A stretch of DNA of 64,000 nt from Paraspadella gotoi (taxonomy: Eukaryota; Animalia; Chaetognatha): assembly GCA_051294375.1 (NCBI GenBank), contig CM119265.1, forward strand, positions 21,576,278-21,640,277, read 5' to 3'. Under the pieces are notes generated by a model. The model saw only the letters and a program-made list of their open reading frames with translations. It was not told the DNA's origin and made no database searches. The translations under genes and the position numbers were made by a program. Within the stretch, counting starts at the first letter, position 1, and each line of letters opens with the position of its first letter. Of this stretch, positions 1-12,326 are shown piece after piece.

Positions 1-1034
1 CGTCGAGGAGGCGAATCTCATCGCCACTCTCCCCGAAGGCATCGACGCCAATTCTCCTTCGACGGAGAAGCAAGTGACGTTTAACCTCGACCCGCAAACG
101 ATCCTCGTTGATCCTTCACTGCCCGCCGCGTCGACAATGGAGGGCGCACTGGTTGAGAGCAGCGCGGAAAGTGCTGGAAACGATGTCGCCGCGGGTGGGT
201 TTAATAGAATTAAGTGGGTTGTTTTGTTTAAAAATTTAATTAGTAGCTAATTAGTAGCTAATTAGCTAATTATCACTATATTTTCGTAAAAATCTTTTTA
301 ATGATAATTAAAATAAGAATTTTTTCTTTAAACTTTTCAGATGTTAAGTTGGACGCTGAGGACTCTAGCGTCTACTCCAGTGTCTACGCTGAAGAAGAGA
401 CTGATACTTGTTCGACGGTCTCGTCCATTCCGGCTGCTGAAGCTTACAGGTTAAGAAAATATGTTCGTGTCATCATTTTGCTTCCTCTTCGTGCTCATAA
501 GTTCATTCAGTTCTTACTCTAAATACATTTTTTTAAAGGCCCGAATATATTGAGTACATTTTCGACAAGAAGCCCGGCGTGGCAATTTTGGAACCCATCG
601 CCGAATGCTCTTCCGACGTATCCCTCACGTCACAAAGCAGCTCCATCTCCTCAAAGCCTCAGTCCTTTCCTGCCGTCTCCTCCAAAGCCCACCGGCGCTT
701 CAGCGTATCAAACCTCGGCTCCGTCGAGGAAAGACTAGAGGAACGACTCGAGGAAATGGACAAAAGCGTCTCCATGGAAACGCTCTCCGTGCGAGAGGCG
801 AATTCTATCGACGCTGCCGCATCCGACTCGAGCCCTCCGACAACAGAGCTCGACACCGGGACGCCGATATCGTCGTCGACGGCCGTCGTCGTCACTGCGA
901 GCGAGTTGGAGACGCTGGACGACGCCGCCAACGCCATCGAGAAGATCGCCACGGAGATAGAGGGCGGAACGGAGACTGAAGGGGAAGGAAATCTCGAAAA
1001 GATTCTTAAAGGATTTTTAGATCGAAACGCTTGA
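1..1034 (+). CDS. 3' part of an unidentified acidic Ser/Thr/Glu-rich low-complexity protein (exons <1-194, 341-449, 539-1034)
   Basis: Three GC-rich blocks joined by GT-AG introns with consistent phases (G|AT=D, AG|G=R); open frame ends ...KILKGFLDRNA* at 1034, followed by ATTAAA near 1062. No recognisable domain. Confidence 0.7.
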
Positions 1035-1194
1035 TTCAATTGTCTTCAATTTATTTTACATATTAAATGTATGTACATTGCCATTAACTTTACCTTTGGC
1101 TAATAATTTGAGTCTGTTTTTCGTTAATCCAGAATTCGTGTAATTGAAAAGAAGTTTCTGCCGGTCGTGAATGACGCGCCTGTACAGTGACGCC

Positions 1195-3876
1195 ATGGAT
1201 TACACGGAGCATCCCCGCCACCGCCCCAATCCAAACCGGGGGGGCGCGCGGCCCGATTTCCGTCGATTCCACGAGTCGGCCATGAGAGGCGCGCCTTTTC
1301 GCAACGGCTCCCTCCGCCTCCCGATGAGAGGCCAGGGGCCGTTAAACGACGTTATGTTCTCTCCGTTAGCTCCGATGCCGCCGCTCCCTCCGATGGCTCT
1401 GCCTCCGATAGGTAGGACCCAAAAATAGCAAAAGGAAAACAAAATTATACTCTTTTGCTCATTTTATTTTTCCTTTGACTCAGCCAACGGTCATCACCTC
1501 ATCGTCCCTCACAATGGGCCGCTCCTCTCGCCCCCGCCGCGCCCCCGCATGAGCGTGACCAAGGGAGAGTGGATTCCTCTTACCAAGTTAGGCCGACTCG
1601 TCAAGGAGATGAAGATCAAGAGTCTGGAGGAGGTCTTCCTCTACGACCTCCCGATACTAGAGCCAGAGATCTTCGAGCACTTTCTGGGCATCACAATCAA
1701 GGAAGAGGTGCTGGCTGTCGTCCCGACAGACAAGACGCTGCCAACAGGAGAAAGATGCGTCCGGTTCAAGGCGCTGGCCGTAGCGGGAGACAGCAACGGA
1801 CACGTCGGGCTCGGGGTTCAGATATCGAAGGAAGTAGCCGTCGCCATTGCGGGTTTGTGGTTTAGTTTTTCTTAGGTTTTTTTTTTTGTTTTGTTTGTTT
1901 GTTTGTTTGCTTGATTTGATTTTTAATTAGCCGGATTGAAAGAAAAGTATGCGAAAATTAAGTGCGCTCTATTGTATTTGTCATCATTCGTCATCATTTG
2001 TTTTCTTTTTTGCGTCAAAGGAGCAAGCCTGGCGGCCAAGCTGAACATCATCCCTATTCGACGTGGGTTTTGGAGTCGCCCTCAAGCTCTCAACAACCAG
2101 ATGGTCGACCGCCCCCATACTCTCCCGAGAAAAGTAAATGGCGCCTTCGGTAGTGTCACCGTTCGTCTCGTCCCGGCGCCGAGAGCTTCGGGCTGTGGAT
2201 CAGCCCCGCCCGTGGCTCAGAGGTTTAAAAATGCGGCGATCACAGGCGTTGTCATTGAAGAATTTTTAGACAAGCCCCTTTTCTTCTAGAATTCTGTCTT
2301 TGGCTGGTGTGGAAGATGCCTACTTTATAAGCCACGGACCTACATTAGATTTGGGTTTTCTGTGCAAAGCAACGCTCAACGCTCTTAGGGAGACTTTTTC
2401 CTATTTTCAAGTAGGTGCTACTTATATTTCTCATTCGTATGTACGTAGTTGAGATTGTCGGTATGTTATGTTCTCGATAGGAAGAAGTATTTAACATCAC
2501 TCGAGCTTCGCAAAACGTGATTCCTGATTTGCTTCACGGCGGCGCCACCATTGAAGCCATGCTGCACCAAATTGACCTCGACAATAACAGCGGAGCAATG
2601 TTCAACCACAACCGATTTCCCTTCGCCCCGCACGGAACGGGGGCGCCGCAGGGGCTTGAAAACGAAAGGAAAAATGGCGAGTGTTTTTATGTTCAAAATA
2701 ATTTTCGATGTCATCGGTTGGGAACCCATATCCTTCTTATATTTCGGCTCTTTAATCCCAATATCCAGATATAGGCGAGCCATCACCAAATGGTGATCCT
2801 CTAAATTATTTTATTTAAATTTTCTTATTTTAATAATATTAATTTTTTTAGTAATTTCTAATTATATTATTATTATTATTACTACTATTATTAATATCAT
2901 TATTGTTATTAATTTTTTTTTTAATTCATTTTTAAAATTTATTATATCATTTTTATTTATTTTCTTTTTCTTTTTTCTCTTTATGCGATTGGTTTTAAGA
3001 TTTTAGTAATGTGTGACGTCCCCTTTCGTCCATTCCAATTTCGATTTTGCTTTACTGAGTCGAGTACTATCTTCTCGGTGCTCAGTCAATCGCCGTCTCA
3101 TCGAAGCTCAGATACACCGCGACCTGGGGCTTAACCTCAACCACCCCGACATCCGATTCGACGCAGGCGTTTTCCCCTTGCCCGTCATGCACGGTCTCGG
3201 GCATAAGCCGGCCAAGTTCGTACCGTCAAGGTGAGAGGGCTTTTGTTTTATTCTCGATTTCGCTATAATTCGTTTACTACATGGTGTTCACAGCAAACGA
3301 GGGCCACAGTTAGCGCCGATCCCGACACGGAAGCGTTCATTGATTCCTATTGTGGCGCCTCCGCCAGAAGACGCTGTCGTCGGCGCTGGGGGTGACGGCG
3401 GCGGGGACGTGGTGCACGAGGAAGTGGACGCTGACGATGACGCTCACAAGGGGATCGGGTTGGATAACGGGGCTACTCGTGAGTTAATTCTTCCTTGTCA
3501 TATTTTTATATTAGCCATTAACTAATAACCATTAGCCATTAACACTATTTTAGAAATTCATACTTCTAGTTCTATGACCGTTCCTTTCTCATTTATTTTC
3601 ACTTCCTACTCTTTTCTTTTCTCAGCTCTTGAAGTGTGCCTTTCTCTGCGTCCCCGTCCGACTCAAGCGGATCACGAGGCTTCGGCCGTGGAGGATTGCG
3701 AGAGCACGGCCTGGCGCATTTTGGCGCCGGCGTTCGTGCCACGGCGCCAGAATCCGCAAGATCAGTCGGGAGACGCCCCTTTTACGGAGGTCTTGATAAA
3801 TGAGGGGGGCGTTGAAATCGTGGATCCTGCCGTCCAGAGGCTCGTCGATGAGTCTGCTTCGACCAATTGTGACTAG
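1195..3876 (+). CDS. Divergent 40S ribosomal protein uS5/RPS2-like protein with long C-terminal extension (exons 1195-1411, 1484-1852, 2021-2222, 2290-2410, 2481-2676, possibly 2769-2792, 3086-3230, 3294-3478, 3626-3876)
   Basis: Spliced translation gives [30 protein letters not shown]...[18 protein letters not shown]...[27 protein letters not shown]...[24 protein letters not shown]...LAGVEDAY...[13 protein letters not shown], colinear with eukaryotic RPS2; start in gccATGg context; no stop after the uS5 core, phases remain consistent to TAG at 3876. Confidence 0.85.
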
Positions 3877-4773
3877 AGATGTCATACGGTTATATTTTCA
3901 GGTTTCGTTTTCATCTCGTGACAGACTCGAGTGTTAGAGGAGACTTTTCGGAGACGTAGAAATGAATAATAATTAAGAGCTAATTAATTCAATCCTCCTC
4001 CTTTCCAATGAAATATTTATCTCTCGTTGTCGCTTTATTTATGCATATTGTTTGCATATTGTTATTTAGAGTTATTCTTGTTGATTTTTCCTTCACAACT
4101 GATTTCTACGCAGGTTACTTTTTTCGCTTATGGAATATGGTATGGATGTTTCGTGACTATTTTGAATCGGATAGATCGAGAGGTCGATCGTTCTTAAATT
4201 TGACAACATTGCATTGAGTGAAATCTTCAAATTGTAGATAGCACCATCCTCTGAATTACAAGGTATTAAATATATCTCAAATTTTTTTATCTTGCCAGAC
4301 GGGCGAATGCCCGTCTTGGGCGAGGATGTTAATTCGTTTCTGCTTCTTTTGACCGTAGTCGTCTCTGTCGTCGTCACGCTGTTTTAACATTGAAAATTTA
4401 TTCAAGTGTGTAACCATAGCCATAGGCTTAGGAAGCTGAAAATTTAAATATGTCTTCTCATCATGGAGGTCTTTTAAATTGTTGTTTCATATTCTTACAC
4501 TCGTTTGTTTGTTATATTTACAGCGGCTGTCCAGTTTCTCTCTTTTTCTCTCTCTCTTTTAATTATATTATATTATATATATTGTATTAACTATGATTTC
4601 TACTTTATCTTACAATTGTCTAAAAATTAAAATGATAATCTATGAACCAGATAATGTTCTTCAATTATGTTTTTATGACTTTTTTATTTTAATTATATTT
4701 TTTACTGTTTTCCCGGTGATGGTATCTTGTCATAAACCGCTAAATTTGGACCAGGATCTTTAAAACTAATTAG

Positions 4774-4860
4774 TTGCCCCGCGAGTACTCGCGGAGACAC
4801 TCGCTTTTCCGTTGGTCTGTCCGTCGGTATGTCTGTCCATCGGTCTGTCCCACTAACATT
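4774..4860 (+). repeat. Dispersed hairpin + (CCGT/CTGT)n element, Helentron/DINE-1-like non-autonomous repeat
   Basis: Palindrome CCGCGAGTACTCGCGG (4779-4794) followed by ...GGTCTGTCCGTCGGTATGTCTGTCC; same layout as copies at 8597, 13568 and 21366. Confidence 0.5.
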
Positions 4861-6246
4861 AAAAATGCATATAATTCGACTATAATTCGTTGCTCATTTG
4901 TTAAGACAGGGAAAAACCTCAAATCTCAGGAACTGCTAGCGCCGCCTTTAGTAAATATTAAAACTATAAGAAATAAAAGACTCAATGCAGTGCATGTCAT
5001 AAATACAAGGGCTAAGAAAGTTTTTGTCATATTATGTTATGTCATATCATGTAATCAAAGGGAAATACACGTAAAAATAAAGTCATTGCGGCGCAACACA
5101 TTGGAATTACTGTTTTTTGTTTTTTTTTAATACTAAGAAACGGGCACTTAAAATTTAATTTTTTTTTATTTTAAAAATTGAGTTCAACTTTATTAGTTCA
5201 TAGTATATCTAATTCTATTAACAAATTTATGCAACTCTTTATCCTGAGTATTTATTGAGTACTATCTACCCTTACTCACTTAGTCGATTTTTGCGACGCA
5301 ATTGAAGTCATAAAAAGATTTTCGCCCCCCTTTTGAGATTCTTTCTTCCCAGCAACGGCCCCGATTTAGGGCTATTGAATTTGGCTGTTGCTTTTCTTGA
5401 ATCGACGCCGTCGAAATTCTTGCGAAGTCCTCTCTTAACGCATTTAATCAAGTTAAAAACGAGTTTTCATGACAAAGTCAAGCGTTTGCTGTCTGATTTA
5501 GTCATCGTTTGATTCAAATACCGCTGCGATAAACTCGTGACGCCGACCTATTTTTTTCCTTGTACCTTGCGTAGTCTCAAGACTAAAGGGCGGTGATTCG
5601 GTCGCGGAAGCTCTGTTGTATTCCTACTCGCGCAATGTTCGCCTAAAACCCTGCGAACTATATTTTTCTATCGAATTTTCGTCAAGACACTATTCGTTTT
5701 AGCGATTCTCCTATCTTCTCAAAGATTTTCTTCGTCTTAATAGTTAAAATTTTCGAAACATAAACGAATTTAAAGCGTTTAAACTCTGGAAATGGCCCCA
5801 TGGCTGCTCCGCGCATCTACCTCAAAGCTTCGTTAGCCTTGTTTATTTCGTTGCAACTCGCTGTGAAAGGTTGGTTCCAGCGCCCGTTTGGCAATGAATC
5901 TGTTCAAATGTTGTTTGCCTAACTGTAATTTCGATTGCGTATGCCGTTTTCTTTATTCATATCGTATAATGATAATAATGTATTATAAGTATATAGGTCG
6001 TGTCTCATAAGAACGTTTCCGGATGTCGTCCGTTACCATGCGATGCCTATTTTATCCGGGTCTTTCTTTAATCCTGAAGGAAACCGGGTCATCGGTTACT
6101 ATGTATATTCACTTTGTATGAGTGATTTTTCAAAATGTTATGAACGTTATTAAAGATTTAAATAACTTGGTGTGGTAATAATCAGTCCATAACGAATAAT
6201 GATGGATTTGCGGGATAGATTTTTTTTTTTTAATATTCTGCATGTA

Positions 6247-7134
6247 CAGTGTGTCCCAATGGTACTGTCTGTTAAGAAAAGCTTACTGCTCATATACCAG
6301 ATCAAAAAACTTTAATTCATTATAATGAATATGCGCACAAGTATGGACCATTTTATAGGATACCTAAATTTTAAAAATTGAACAAAGCAAACTCCTGTAT
6401 TTATTACATGAAGCAAATGGTATAAAAATTTTTTCAGTGATTTTTAAAAAAAAAATAATAGCAACCATTTTGTTCATGCTTAATGATTCAATCGCCCACA
6501 ACTTCAAATAATAAAATTTAAATATTAAATTAATTAGCATATTTTAATAAACTTTCATATTTTTTTTAATGTTTATTTCTTTTTATTATTGTACTTATTT
6601 TTTACAAATTACAATTTAAATAATTGATATCTTATGGTGGACTAAAATCCACCAACCGTTCATCAGCGGCCATTGGTGCCGGAGGCAAGTCATTCGCCTC
6701 CCAACCCAAAGGTCCGGGGTTCTAGCCCGGTGGTCGTCTGGCAGTTAAGAGGGACGGGGCGCTTAACCCGCCTGTAACATGGTGTTACAGCCTGATCCGA
6801 AGCTCAGGGACTGCTTATATTGAACGGTTCTGTCACTAACATATAACAATAATCACTGTCTCTTCAATCTATTTAAAATATTTTTTTACATAATTTTTTT
6901 TAATAAAATTTATTTTAAAGTAAAAAAAATTATCTAAAAATTAAAAAAGTGAGAAATGAGGACACATTTAAATTGAATGTTCTGCAAAGAAAAATTGATA
7001 AAAATTGAATTTGAAATATAGTATCATAAATGGTAAGAACTTATCTTTGACATTGTTATCTCAAAAATAACATTTTATAACACAGTTCTGTACAATATGT
7101 AAAAGTTAACCGACAATACCATTGGGACACACTG
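6247..7134. mobile_element. Non-autonomous Tc1/mariner-type element (MITE-like), 888 bp
   Basis: 29-bp terminal inverted repeats CAGTGTGTCCCAATGGTACTGTCTGTTAA / TTAACCGACAATACCATTGGGACACACTG (2 mismatches), flanked by TA on both sides; no transposase ORF. Confidence 0.9.
6666..6852 (+). mobile_element. tRNA-derived SINE nested in the TIR element
   Basis: GC-rich island with A-box-like TGGTGCCGGAGG and B-box-like GGTTCTAGCCC at tRNA spacing, unique body, and A-rich tail ATAACAATAA. Confidence 0.65.
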
Positions 7135-7477
7135 TAGTATAGTTTTGTAAATCGCTCTTGCCAGTTTTTATAACATTTTTGCAGATAAAAACAACAGCAC
7201 ATACCGCGAAATAATTCCCGATAGGTTGTTTACTATGTTTAGTATGCAATTTAGTATTTATATGCTTTAAATTTAAACCTTTCTAAATAATTTTCAATTT
7301 AAATTAATCAAAGTGTAATGTTATTTTAATCAAGGCCAACGAATGACATACGGAAGGTCAAATAAATTTAAATTGAATGTTGATTAAATGTTTAAACGGA
7401 TTTGAGATAAAATGATAATTCACAAAATTAAAAGTAAGAAAGCGGTGAAGTTGAACTAACAATTTATGGACTTTTTA

Positions 7478-8035
7478 CAGGCTTCATATTATAAAATGAG
7501 GTACCTATTTTTTGTGACCAGAACATGTTTCGAGAAAACTACTGGACCAAATTTATTAAAATCTGGTATGAATTTTTTTAATTATTTTTGTTTTGAACAG
7601 TTGCATAGACGTTTACTCTTCCACAAAAACGTATTTATTACCACAAAAATATTAGTTTACCTTAATTTTAAGCTACATGAACATCAGCAGTTCAAGTCAG
7701 ATGAACCATGCATTTCCATCAATGCTTAATTCACGAAAATTTATCAATTTTTGTTCTAAATTTCTTTTTTTTTGTCAATGTACCTGATGCTACTAAAAAA
7801 AATTTTATATTATAAAAAAAATATTTTTAGCTTTTTTGGACCCCCAGGGGTCCACCCCCAGGGCCCTGTATCTCTTGTCAGGGGTTGAATATCAAAATTC
7901 GCCTCGATAGTTCCATTTATATTGTCATTAGAACTCAAAATGTAAAATTTCATTAAATTCGATCGGGTAGTTTGGTTGGAACAGATTCTGGTCACAAAAA
8001 AAAGGGTACCTCATTTTATAATATGAAGCCTTCTG
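7478..8035. mobile_element. Second non-autonomous TIR element (~560 bp)
   Basis: AGGCTTCATATTATAAAATGAGGTACC...TTTTTTGTGACCAGAA at 7479-7523 is mirrored by TTCTGGTCACAAAAAAAAGGGTACCTCATTTTATAATATGAAGCCT at 7986-8031; TACAG...CTGTA outer ends. Confidence 0.85.
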
Positions 8036-8213
8036 TATTAAAATTTTTATACGGAGATTCTAATCATTCTACAGGGTAGTTATTCAAAACTTCGAAAATC
8101 AGTATCACTTAATTCTTTTTTTATTTTGAGACGAATCACGTACGTTAAAATAAAAAAAATCATTTGAAGATAATTAACCAGACCTTGTTTTAATTATGTA
8201 TGCAATGCGATAA

Positions 8214-8582
8214 GCACTGTTGGAAAAACCATTCCTGCCACAGCACCCAAAAAAATCACAGCTGCTCTTCATAAACACTTTTGAAAGATTGAGTTATAGC
8301 TCAGAGACGGTTTACCCTAGGCTATCAATATTTTTGTTATAAGTCATATGGGTCCCTACCTTTCAAACGCCCAATTTAGCAAAGTTAAAGGGAATTTGAT
8401 ATGGATAATAGCCAGAAAGCCAGAAAATCCTTAAGTCAAAAATTAAAATGTTGCTGCATCTGAAATCATTTTTTTCAGCTGTAAACAATAAAGCCAATAG
8501 AGCCATACATATTAAACCTAAGAGTATTGGCTCTTCATAAATGACAGTAGTAGACTGCAGCAATGGTTTTTCACCCAATAGC
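8214..8582. mobile_element. Possible old MITE with degenerate TIRs
   Basis: GAAAAACCATTCCTGC at ~8223 vs GCAGCAATGGTTTTTC at ~8557; imperfect, no clear target-site duplication. Confidence 0.35.
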
Positions 8583-8596
8583 AAAAAATTTTTTTT

Positions 8597-9060
8597 GTCG
8601 GATCTGCTTATCAGCAGATTCCGACTCTATAATGCAATCCGTCGGTCCCCCCCTAAATCTTGTCGGGCACTCAAATCATGTCAGAACATCGAATTATAAT
8701 AAATTGTGCCAAAAAATGTCCGTCCGTCCGTCTTTCTGAAGGTCCGTCCCACCTTTTCATTAAACTCCAATTACTCGTTATTGGATGGATAGATTGGATT
8801 GAAATTATGTGTGTGGGTAGGAAACTGTATGATTGAGCTGGATATAATGTTTCGATGGAATCGTGCGAGTGGAAATGAGTTTAAATGAAAAAAAAACAAA
8901 ACAAAAGTAATATTTACTCATAAGTATTTTTACTCATAATTATTATATTGATTAAAAATTAGATAAATAAATTGGAAAGAAATTTTGTGTGTGGGTAGGA
9001 AAGTATGTGGTTAAGCTGGATATAAATTTTTGATGGAATCGTAGTAGTGGAAAGTGGATT
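8597..9060 (+). repeat. Dispersed hairpin + (CCGT)n element, homologous to 21366-21600
   Basis: Hairpin GTCGGATCTGCT-TATC-AGCAGATTCCGAC then TCTATAAT; AAATCTTGTCG...TCATGTCAGAACATC...AAATT...TGTCCGTCCGTC...GAAATT.TGTGTGTGGGT shared with the 21.4 kb copy; internal ~75-bp block repeated at 8801 and 8979. Confidence 0.8.
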
Positions 9061-9138
9061 AAATTATAAAACCAAAAGATATATTTATTTGAATTTTTAA
9101 AAGTTTCTCTCTCTCTCTTTGATTGATTGATTGATTGA

Positions 9139-9323
9139 TTGACCAAAATATGCCAGTTGACCAAATTATTCAAGTTGAGCTAATTATGCCGGTTGAACAA
9201 ATTATAATAGTTGAGCAAATTATTCCAGTTGAGCAAATTATTCCAGTTGAGCAAGTTATTCCAGTTGAGCAAATTATTCCAGTTGAGAAAATTATGCCAG
9301 TTGAGAAAATTATGCCAGTTGAC
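9139..9323. repeat. 18-bp tandem minisatellite (~10 units, CCAGTTGAGCAAATTATT)
   Basis: Directly visible tandem units; produces the spurious IIPVEQ-repeat ORF. Confidence 0.95.
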
Positions 9324-11901
9324 CGGGGGTTGGCAAAAGTTAAGTTTTTTAAATATGTAATGAAAATGATTTTTTTATTTTTAAAACACAATTTTCACTA
9401 CGCCTGGATACTGGATAGTGGGTACTGGATAGTGGATAGTGGGTACGCGTCACTTTTAATCTCATATTATATGATATCGAGTACTTTTAATCTAGTAGAG
9501 ATATAAAATAAATAGATATTTTCTTTTAAACAGTACCCTGCTATTTATCATGGTACAAATAAAACTTTTAGGTAAAATATATTAAATGTAAAAAATTACT
9601 CGTTTTAATCAATCTGATTTGAGAGCCCTCAATATCGAAAAACATAAAAATTGGAAAACCTGTATGCGCTCGTCATTCGCTATTGTGTCTGGTTCTTTGA
9701 GAGGAGAATACTGTAATTAATAATTATGAAATTTATAGAATAGAAAACTAAACTTTTTATGTATCAGGTTTTTTTAACAGTACAGTACATAAAATTTATA
9801 TCGTAGCTGAAAAAAAATCACCTTTATTGTGAGACGAGTTATAAAATCTTTCATAGATTTTTACCTCTCCAGCATTATAGGCTTGGGCGATATGTAAATG
9901 TGCAAGTATGTTAATATGGATTCTTGTTACCAATTTTTTCATCTTAATTGATTAATAAATTGGTATCATCGCTTTAATTAATTATTTTCATAGCATCAAT
10001 AATTCGTTATCGTATCTATAAACCATCGCATTATTAAATTATTATCATTACTTTATTAAAATTTAAATTCTTCTAATCGAATTTTTATCAGCATATCAAA
10101 TTGTTACCGCAGGATTGAATCATCATCATCATCACATCAATAAATAGTTATTATCGCAGCAATGAATAAATTATTGAATCAATTTATCATTCGTTTCTTT
10201 AAGAATTTCTTTTCATCTAACCAATTTCTTATCAATATATCAATATATCATTGTAATTCTATCAATAAAATAATAAGGATTTTTTGATACAATGGTAATC
10301 ATCGTATCATTGAATCGTTATTTTTTTGGATTGACGATTTTGAATTAACGTTATTGTTTTCATAGTAATTTTTGATGGGGAGATATTTATAAATTTAACT
10401 TTTTTTACTCGTGAAACCATTTTCTGTTTTTTAACACTGATAAAGGAACCCAAACGAAAGCTAACGGGTGTTCTTTTGTTCTCACAACGATTCTTTCTCG
10501 GTTGTAAGGCAACTAAAACAAAATGTATTTTTGTATTTTTCTTTTTATTGAATGATAATTTTTTTTAATTGCAAGACAAATGTTTTGAAAAAATCCTCTG
10601 AGTTATATGATTGTATTTAGAAAAGAGGTTGTGTGTTAATGAAAGCTAAATTGAAAAAAATTTCATTTAAATTAAATATCTCGATTTATATTTTATTAAT
10701 TAGCTTTCATTCATTCTTGTAGTATTGAAATACTATAAGTACTATAATTACGATAAGGTACCGTGGAAATCATATTGCTACACGTGACGAGCTTAATCTA
10801 ATCTAATCATTTTCCTTTTCCTCCCCATATATCCTCCTTTTTTGGCTGATATTCATTTTGCTTCTTAATCAGGTAAGTTTTTTCGACTTTTTGATGTGAT
10901 ATCTAAGATCGACCAAAAACTATTATTATATAGAATTAGAAATTTTTTATGTTAATAATCGGTGAACCTCGTGTAATCAATAAAAATTATTTATTTATAA
11001 AAAGTTACATGTTACTAAAATTGCCCAAATTATAGGATGAATTTTAGGCTAAAATTTTTTGATTAAAAGTCTAAAAAATGATTTATTTTTAACATTTTCA
11101 ATGTATAAATTAATTATTTAGACTAGCTGAAAATTTTATTAAAGCTCAATCTTATTAATGACTTTAAAATTTAAGGAAGTCTATATTGACAAACAATACA
11201 TTACGTATACCGATTTATTTTAGTCTGAAAACCTGACAATTACTTTTGAGTTCTGAGCTCAAGAAGGGGAAAAAACGTTTCGTGTGGTTTTAAGTCGAAG
11301 GATTCAACTCCCTTCGTTGAACATTGGTACACGGAAAGAGAAAACCACCGGGAAGCTGCAGCGCAGTAAGGGAGAAAAAAAATAGAGAGAGAGAGAGAAA
11401 GGGGCAAAAATCCCTCAAAGAAAAAACTGATTGACCAAAAGGCTTCGTATTGATTGATTAAAAGATAAAAATTATAGAATTAGTTTTTTGGTTCTGTTAC
11501 ATTTCTCCTGGTAAGTTAAAACTATAAAACTAATGCTGAATATATTATGCGATTAAAACTGATGAAAGTACCGAAGATTAAACATTTCTACTCATTAAAC
11601 CGCTTGATATAATTTATTTTTAGCTTCTCTAATTTGTTCTTCTTAAAAGACATGTATTTTTATGAGCATCAAAGTTATGTGCCAGTCCGATGCTTCCTGT
11701 TCGATGATAACTCTCTCCTCTTTTTCATTTTTTCCCCAAAGAACCTCTTCCTCTTCTGCGTCCTCGACGTTCGTCCTCGTGCAAAGAGAGAGAGAGAATG
11801 AGAGCGAAAGAGAGGCTGACTGGATAATTAAGACCCTCTCTCTGTGTCTCATGATATACGAATTCAACTTTTTTTGGATGCATATTTTCGGGTACTAGTT
11901 T

Positions 11902-12250
11902 ATGAAAGATATCTGCCTCAAGAAACGCTCAACGACAAACGTCCGAAAAAGTCGCCGTTTTGTAATTTGTTTCGTCGTCTTTTACATCGTTTTCTGTTTT
12001 CGAGCGCGAGACGACTCCGAGACACTTGGTTTCAATCGACGACGTCCTCCTTCGCTACAAAGGTCGCAAATTATACCAAAGGATTTTGGACTATTCGTAA
12101 TCGCTCTTTCGCTCCCGCACTCTTTAATTTGTAATATTAGTTTGGCAGAGAGCAGGAAAGTCTAGTCGGACTGTCTTACATGAAAGTTTCAGCAGCGCTG
12201 GCCGCAGCGACGTGTGCCCAGGCAGCCTGGATCCAGCCTTGATATTACAT

Positions 12251-12326
<76 letters not shown>

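Noticed and set aside
4291-4324. Hairpin AGACGGGC-GAAT-GCCCGTCT downstream of the uS5-like gene
   Set aside because: Single short stem without supporting context; cannot assign function.
5290-5960. Moderately GC-rich stretch that might be coding
   Set aside because: No long frame, recognisable motif or consistent exon chain found.
9135-9506. 123-aa ORF with IIPVEQ repeats
   Set aside because: Produced by an 18-bp minisatellite at the end of a dispersed repeat; no splice or domain support. Not CRISPR either: no unique spacers.
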